Below, piece after piece: positions 38,660 through 43,328 of a DNA stretch of 43,328 nucleotides. This stretch comes from Thermoplasmata archaeon (lineage in GTDB: Archaea > Thermoplasmatota > Thermoplasmata > Halarchaeoplasmatales > Halarchaeoplasmataceae), in contig JBKHFH010000005.1 of NCBI GenBank assembly GCA_046540335.1, forward strand, positions 1-43,328, given 5' to 3'. Numbering within the stretch: position 1 is the first letter of the stretch; every line of letters begins with the position of its first letter. The position numbers and the translations under genes are program-made. The notes under the pieces were generated by a model. The model was not told the origin of the DNA and did no database searches. It saw only the letters and a program-made list of their open reading frames with translations.

Positions 38660-40486
38660 CTACTCTTTATCTTTGAAACTGCTTTCACCGTATTCATCCA
38701 TAAATGTTTCGATAGAATAGAGAAACATCGTATGATTGCCTGGAGAGTTCTTGACATTTTTTCCAAAAGATCTCATCATTTCCTTCACTTTATCTTTGTA
38801 TCTTTTATCAGCGGTGAATCTCGAAAGTTTTACTAGGGATAACAGTGCGATCGAATTCCCTGAGGGATAGCTGCTGTCATAACTTTCTTTTTCCTTTATT
38901 GGCAACTCTTCAGAAGAATTGAAATAAAAACCTCCATCGTCTTCATCATAGAACTTTGCTATCATCTTTTCAGTTAGATCTTCTGCCTTTTCCAGATATC
39001 CTTTTTTTCTATTGTTTTCGTACATCTCTAATAAGGCCCAAATTAAAAAAGCATGATCGTCCAACATCGCGTCAACTTTCACTTCGCCTTCGATATATCT
39101 GTGATATAATTTGTCACCTTCTTCCAGCTCATCCAATAAGAATTCAAGCGCGTCTTCACTTTTCTCTTTGATCTTTTTATCATCAAGAATTCTCGAAGCG
39201 ATGGCTAGTCCAGCTATCATTAGACTATTCCAATCCGTCATTATCTTTTTATCTTTACCGGGAGACTCTCTGAATTTCCTCTTTTCAAAGAGAGTTTCTT
39301 TCATCTTTTCTAGTTCTTTTTCAACCGTATCTTCATCCTTACCAAATTGCTCAGCTACATCTTCTGGATCTTTTTCAATATACAGAACATTCTTACCGGT
39401 CTTTTTTCCGGTGGATTCTTCTCTGTAGTTCCCCTCTTTTTCTATACCATAAACTTGCTTGAAGATCTCCGGTTCTTCAAGGGTTTCCTCGATCTCCCCT
39501 TCGGACCAGATATAGTAACCACCTTCGATCCCGCCTGTATCTGCATCCTCGGACGAATAATAGCCTCCTGAGTCTCCCTTCAGTTCCCTTACCACGTATT
39601 CTATGATCTCCTCTGCTGTATCTCTGAATATTTCTTCCCCAGAAACATCATAAGCCATGGAATAAGCTATGACCAACATCGCTTGGTCATACAGCATCTT
39701 TTCGAAATGAGGTAATTTCCACTCTGGATCTGTAGAGTATCTGTGAAATCCATACCCGAGATGGTCGTAGATCCCGCCTCTTCTCATAGCCTCCAAAGTT
39801 TTCTCCACCATCTCTAGAGCCTGTTCTTTTCCGGTCCTCTGCCCATATCTCAATAAAAACAATAGATTGTGGGGTGTGGGAAATTTAGGGGCATTACCGA
39901 ATCCGTGATTTTTCCGATCAAAATTATTTTTTAAATTACTGTAAGCTTCATCTAGAACAGTCAGATCTATATTCTCCCTTGATGGACTACCACCCTCTTT
40001 TATCGAATCGATGATGTTCTCTGCTTTAGATAACAATCTATTTTTCTCATTTTCCCAGAGATGATCGATCCTCTTCGTGAGATCTTTGAGTCCCGTTCGG
40101 CCCTCGCTGCTCTCTTTAGGTATGTAAGTTGCAGCGAAAAAGGGTTTCTTATCGGGGGTCATCACGATATTCAAAGGCCATCCCCCGGTACCGGTCAAGG
40201 CTCTACCTATATGCATATAGACTTTGTCGACATCCGGCCTCTCCTCTTTATCTACCTTGATACTGACGAAGACGTCATTCATCCTCTCTGCAACTTCTTC
40301 ATCCTCAAAAGATTCATGCGCCATGACGTGGCACCAATGGCAGGAAGAATAACCGATCGAAAGAAAGATAGGTTTGTCCTCTTTTCTCGCTTTCTCGAAA
40401 GCTTCTTCACACCATGGATACCAATCTACGGGATTATCAGCGTGCTGCTTAAGATATCTGCTCTTCTCACCCTTGAGATGGTTGAT
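38660..40486 (-). CDS. YyaL/SPATA20-like thioredoxin-domain protein; probable ATC start
   Basis: The frame extends 54 codons upstream of the ORF-track start: (I/M)[24 protein letters not shown]...[18 protein letters not shown]. Also [20 protein letters not shown] and [11 protein letters not shown]. Confidence 0.9.
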   Translation of the reverse strand: MNHLKGEKSRYLKQHADNPVDWYPWCEEAFEKARKEDKPIFLSIGYSSCHWCHVMAHESFEDEEVAERMNDVFVSIKVDKEERPDVDKVYMHIGRALTGTGGWPLNIVMTPDKKPFFAATYIPKESSEGRTGLKDLTKRIDHLWENEKNRLLSKAENIIDSIKEGGSPSRENIDLTVLDEAYSNLKNNFDRKNHGFGNAPKFPTPHNLLFLLRYGQRTGKEQALEMVEKTLEAMRRGGIYDHLGYGFHRYSTDPEWKLPHFEKMLYDQAMLVIAYSMAYDVSGEEIFRDTAEEIIEYVVRELKGDSGGYYSSEDADTGGIEGGYYIWSEGEIEETLEEPEIFKQVYGIEKEGNYREESTGKKTGKNVLYIEKDPEDVAEQFGKDEDTVEKELEKMKETLFEKRKFRESPGKDKKIMTDWNSLMIAGLAIASRILDDKKIKEKSEDALEFLLDELEEGDKLYHRYIEGEVKVDAMLDDHAFLIWALLEMYENNRKKGYLEKAEDLTEKMIAKFYDEDDGGFYFNSSEELPIKEKESYDSSYPSGNSIALLSLVKLSRFTADKRYKDKVKEMMRSFGKNVKNSPGNHTMFLYSIETFMDEYGESSFKDKE

Positions 40487-40523
40487 CTTAACTCCTCCAA
40501 GATATTACACTGCCATAGCAGGT

Positions 40524-40979
40524 TTATAATATCTTCGCAACCATCCCGGCGATCTCCTCCAAAACGTTCTCATCTTCCTCGCTAAAACGTGACTTAACGT
40601 GTGAATCTATATCTAGTTCTCCCACGATCTCGCCTTTTTTGAAGATAGGTACCACGATCTCCGATTCCACCCTCGGGCTGCAAGAAAGATAGTTATCTTC
40701 CTGATCGACATCGTTTACAGAAAAAGTTTCCTCTCTTTCAGCGGCCTGTCCGCAGACTCCTTCCCCGAAATCGATGTTCGTATGTTCGGTAGGTTCCCCG
40801 ATATAAGGACCAAGAACAAGCTCACCGTCTTCAACCAGATAAAAACCGACCCAGTCGTAACCATCTAGTTCGTTGTGGAGCAACAAACATACATCCTTCA
40901 ACTTGGAGTCTCTATCTCCGTCTCCTCCCACGATATTTTTAACTTCTTTGATTATATTTTTCTCGTCCATGACTGTCAT
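40524..40979 (-). CDS. GAF-domain protein, free Met-(R)-sulfoxide reductase (MsrC)-like
   Basis: DWVGFY, LGPY, GEGVCG, SCS...SEIVVP and LDIDS motifs. The true start is ATG 40979 or 40970, not 41108. Confidence 0.85.
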   Translation of the reverse strand: MTVMDEKNIIKEVKNIVGGDGDRDSKLKDVCLLLHNELDGYDWVGFYLVEDGELVLGPYIGEPTEHTNIDFGEGVCGQAAEREETFSVNDVDQEDNYLSCSPRVESEIVVPIFKKGEIVGELDIDSHVKSRFSEEDENVLEEIAGMVAKIL

Positions 40980-41317
40980 CCCTCCTGCAACCTCTCCCAT
41001 TTTTCGACCGCTTCTCTGAGATGAGGTATGGTTATAGAACCTCCGACGACCAAACCGATTGACAGCGCCTCCATCATCTCTTCGTCGGTAATGCCCTCTT
41101 CGCTGCACCGGTTAAGATGGTATTCGATGCAGTCGTCACATTTCAGAACCAAAGAAGCTACCAGACCGAGAAGTTCCTTCTGCCTTTTAGAAAGTGCCCC
41201 ATCCTCATACACCTGCGTATCCAGGTTGAAAAACCGTTTCATCTGAAGGTTACCTTTTTCCATCACTAGCTCGTTCAACCTCTCTCTTTTCTCTTCAAAA
41301 CTCTCTTCTTCGGTCAT
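40976..41317 (-). CDS. Carboxymuconolactone decarboxylase / AhpD-like protein
   Basis: GALSKRQKELLGLVASLVLKCDDCIEYH motif. Confidence 0.92.
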   Translation of the reverse strand: MTEEESFEEKRERLNELVMEKGNLQMKRFFNLDTQVYEDGALSKRQKELLGLVASLVLKCDDCIEYHLNRCSEEGITDEEMMEALSIGLVVGGSITIPHLREAVEKWERLQEG

Positions 41318-41376
41318 AGTTAGTACAATATCTGCTGAGCTTTTAATTTTAACCCAACCGAAAACTACATATAAGA

Positions 41377-41396
41377 ATATTAGAATATGCTAATAT
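41377..41396. promoter_or_regulatory. Probable ArsR operator (inverted repeat)
   Basis: ATATTAG-N6-CTAATAT immediately before the arsR ATG, in the divergent promoter region. Confidence 0.55.
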
Positions 41397-41400
41397 AGAC

Positions 41401-41748
41401 ATGAAAGAAGAACGACCGGATGATGAGCGGATACACGATATGCACGCCGAACTGTGCAAGATGCTCTCTCATCCAACTAGACTGAAAATACTTGAACAAC
41501 TGAACCAGGAGAAAAAAACAGTCAAAGAGATAGTCGAAGCCGTAGATTCCAGTCAGCCCACTGTATCACAGCACCTAGGGGAACTCAGAAAACGTGGGTT
41601 AGTGGAAGCTGAGAGAGACGGGACTAGCATGCAGTATCAAATCAAGTATCCAAAGATTTTGGACGCATGCGACATCATCCGGGAAGTTCTTTTCGACCGT
41701 CTATCTGAAGATCAAGAATTGCTGAATAGAGGTAGAAATCATGACTGA
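41401..41748 (+). CDS. ArsR/SmtB-family transcriptional regulator
   Basis: LSHPTRLKIL, SQPTVSQHL and GLVEAERDG motifs. Confidence 0.93.
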   Translation: MKEERPDDERIHDMHAELCKMLSHPTRLKILEQLNQEKKTVKEIVEAVDSSQPTVSQHLGELRKRGLVEAERDGTSMQYQIKYPKILDACDIIREVLFDRLSEDQELLNRGRNHD

Positions 41749-42148
41749 AACTAAAGATGAAGATGTTGAAAAGATAAAAGAAGAGATGGTAGATAAGATG
41801 ATGAACGAAAAAGAATCGAAACAGTTTCCGGAAGAGCCGATCGAAGTGACCGACAGCGAATTTAAAGAGACTATAGAGGAATATCCTCTAGTACTAGTCG
41901 ATTTCTGGGCGGCCTGGTGCGGACCTTGCAAGATGATGGAACCAGTGATGGAAGAACTAGCCGAAGAATATCAAGGGGACGTGGTAATCGGGAAGATGAA
42001 CGTCGATAAAAATCAGACCGTTCCGAGTCAATACCAGGTCTCTAGTATCCCGACGATGGTCCTATTCAAGGACGGTGAAGCAGTGGACAGAATGATCGGT
42101 GCGCGAGGCAAAGAGCAGTTAGGCCAGAAGTTAGAACAGTACATCTGA
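41741..42148 (+). CDS. trxA: Thioredoxin
   Basis: VDFWAAWCGPC and SIPT motifs. Confidence 0.96.
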   Translation: MTETKDEDVEKIKEEMVDKMMNEKESKQFPEEPIEVTDSEFKETIEEYPLVLVDFWAAWCGPCKMMEPVMEELAEEYQGDVVIGKMNVDKNQTVPSQYQVSSIPTMVLFKDGEAVDRMIGARGKEQLGQKLEQYI

Positions 42149-42365
42149 AAGGGAAAGCTTCGAAAGTTTTTCCTCTGAAAATCCTTTAGTTTTTATTTTT
42201 GGTCATATTTCAAAAAAAACCTGATCTTTTATTCTCTATGATCTGCAGATTTATCCTCTCGATTCCGAAAGTTTAATATCACTTCATTGGATCACATATA
42301 TATATCATTCCTTCTTTGAAACATTCGGATTTGAAGCGATGAAATAAGAGAGATCAGATGATACT

Positions 42366-43220
42366 ATGGTCGAGTTAAATGATTATCTTTCAAGGATAGA
42401 AGCGATCTTAAAAACTGGCATAGATAAATACGAGACATTAGAAGGAGGGATGATCGGAGAGGTTTTTAAACTAGAGCTACAGGACGAAAGGACAATGGTT
42501 TTAAAGACCGGCGACACACCGATGAAGATAGAAGCTGCCATGCTAGGACATCTAAAAAACGAATCGAAACTACCCGTTCCTGAAGTCTATTATTCAACGG
42601 AAAACTTTATCCTGATGGAATTTATAGAGGGTGAAACTCTAAACGATCATGACATCGAGTCGGAAGCGGCTGAATATTTAGCGAAACTACATTCTATAAA
42701 GGAATATGGTTTCGGATTCGATTATGATACACTCACGGGTCCTATCATCCAACCCAATGATTATATGGGTTCATGGATCGAGTTTTTCAAAAATAATAGG
42801 TTGTTATATATGAATAAAAAGGCTTTAGATTCTAATAGTATCTCTCGGTCTCTATATGAAAGAATAATTGAATTGTCCGATCGTTTATCTCTAATTCTGA
42901 ACGAACCAGAAAGTCCATCCTTGATACATGGGGATGTTTGGAAGATAAATATAATCGTCATAGGTGATCAGATTCAAGCGTTTCTAGATCCGGCGATATA
43001 CTATGCTCATCCAGAAATAGAGCTATCATATATATCATTCGCTGAAACATTCTGCGATGAATTTTATAAACAGTATGATGAACGTTCTGGGATCGAGGAT
43101 GGCTTTTTTGAGGAGAGATGTAAAATTTATCAATTGTATCCGTTATTGGTGCATGCTCATCTTTTTGATGATGACGATCCATATATGATCGATAAGAAAT
43201 TGCAGGAGATCGAATTTTAG
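42366..43220 (+). CDS. Fructosamine kinase family protein
   Basis: LPVPEV, LAKLH, FGFDYDT, PSLIHGDVW, DPAIYYAHPEIEL and IYQLYPLLVH motifs. Confidence 0.92.
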   Translation: MVELNDYLSRIEAILKTGIDKYETLEGGMIGEVFKLELQDERTMVLKTGDTPMKIEAAMLGHLKNESKLPVPEVYYSTENFILMEFIEGETLNDHDIESEAAEYLAKLHSIKEYGFGFDYDTLTGPIIQPNDYMGSWIEFFKNNRLLYMNKKALDSNSISRSLYERIIELSDRLSLILNEPESPSLIHGDVWKINIIVIGDQIQAFLDPAIYYAHPEIELSYISFAETFCDEFYKQYDERSGIEDGFFEERCKIYQLYPLLVHAHLFDDDDPYMIDKKLQEIEF

Positions 43221-43328
43221 GAAAGTTTTTCGTAATCTTTGAATGCAGATTATCCTTTTCTATCGATCGAAGGTCCGAAAATTTAATAGTAATCTATCGG
43301 TTTGAACTAATCCATCATGACGCTCACT

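Noticed and set aside
40980-41108. N-terminal extension of the GAF ORF to 41108
   Set aside because: It overlaps the AhpD-like gene in another frame and has non-native composition.
1121-43182. Numerous antisense or alternate-frame ORFs in the track
   Set aside because: They are Ser/Phe/Leu-rich shadows of Glu/Lys-rich real genes.
31334-43328. Integron cassette array (GNAT/NUDIX/VOC-rich region)
   Set aside because: No attC-like repeats or integrase were seen, and the gene orientations are mixed.

Overview
Gene-dense archaeal chromosomal window. It encodes TFB, RadA, Cdc6/Orc1, RpoL, archease, Kae1 and an RNase P RNA. The gene set and the Asp/Glu-rich proteins suggest an anaerobic, probably halophilic member of Thermoplasmatota (inference). 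The left half is mostly housekeeping and information processing. The middle (23.4-30.4 kb) is a co-directional O2/peroxide-defence and iron cluster (two superoxide reductases, rubrerythrin, ferritin, ferritin-like protein, peroxiredoxin, rubredoxin, 2-oxoacid:ferredoxin oxidoreductase, nitroreductase) divergent from an LrpA/Ptr2-like regulator. The right end is rich in damage-repair and redox genes (SfsA, YcaQ/AlkZ, Ogg, GNATs, YyaL, GAF/fRMsr, AhpD-like, ArsR-TrxA, fructosamine kinase). No tRNA, rRNA, CRISPR array or transposase was seen. The most notable signals are: (1) two conserved genes (archease, yyaL) whose N-termini have no ATG/GTG/TTG but do have an ATC at the expected Met position behind a well-spaced Shine-Dalgarno; (2) a ~50-bp tandem hairpin/uORF repeat in front of the RPA-associated gene; (3) an unannotated ~70-nt structured RNA candidate between radA and hypF; (4) two small genes missed by the ORF track (a DUF5679/Cren7-like Zn protein and rubredoxin); (5) an acetate-transporter gene with an internal TAG.
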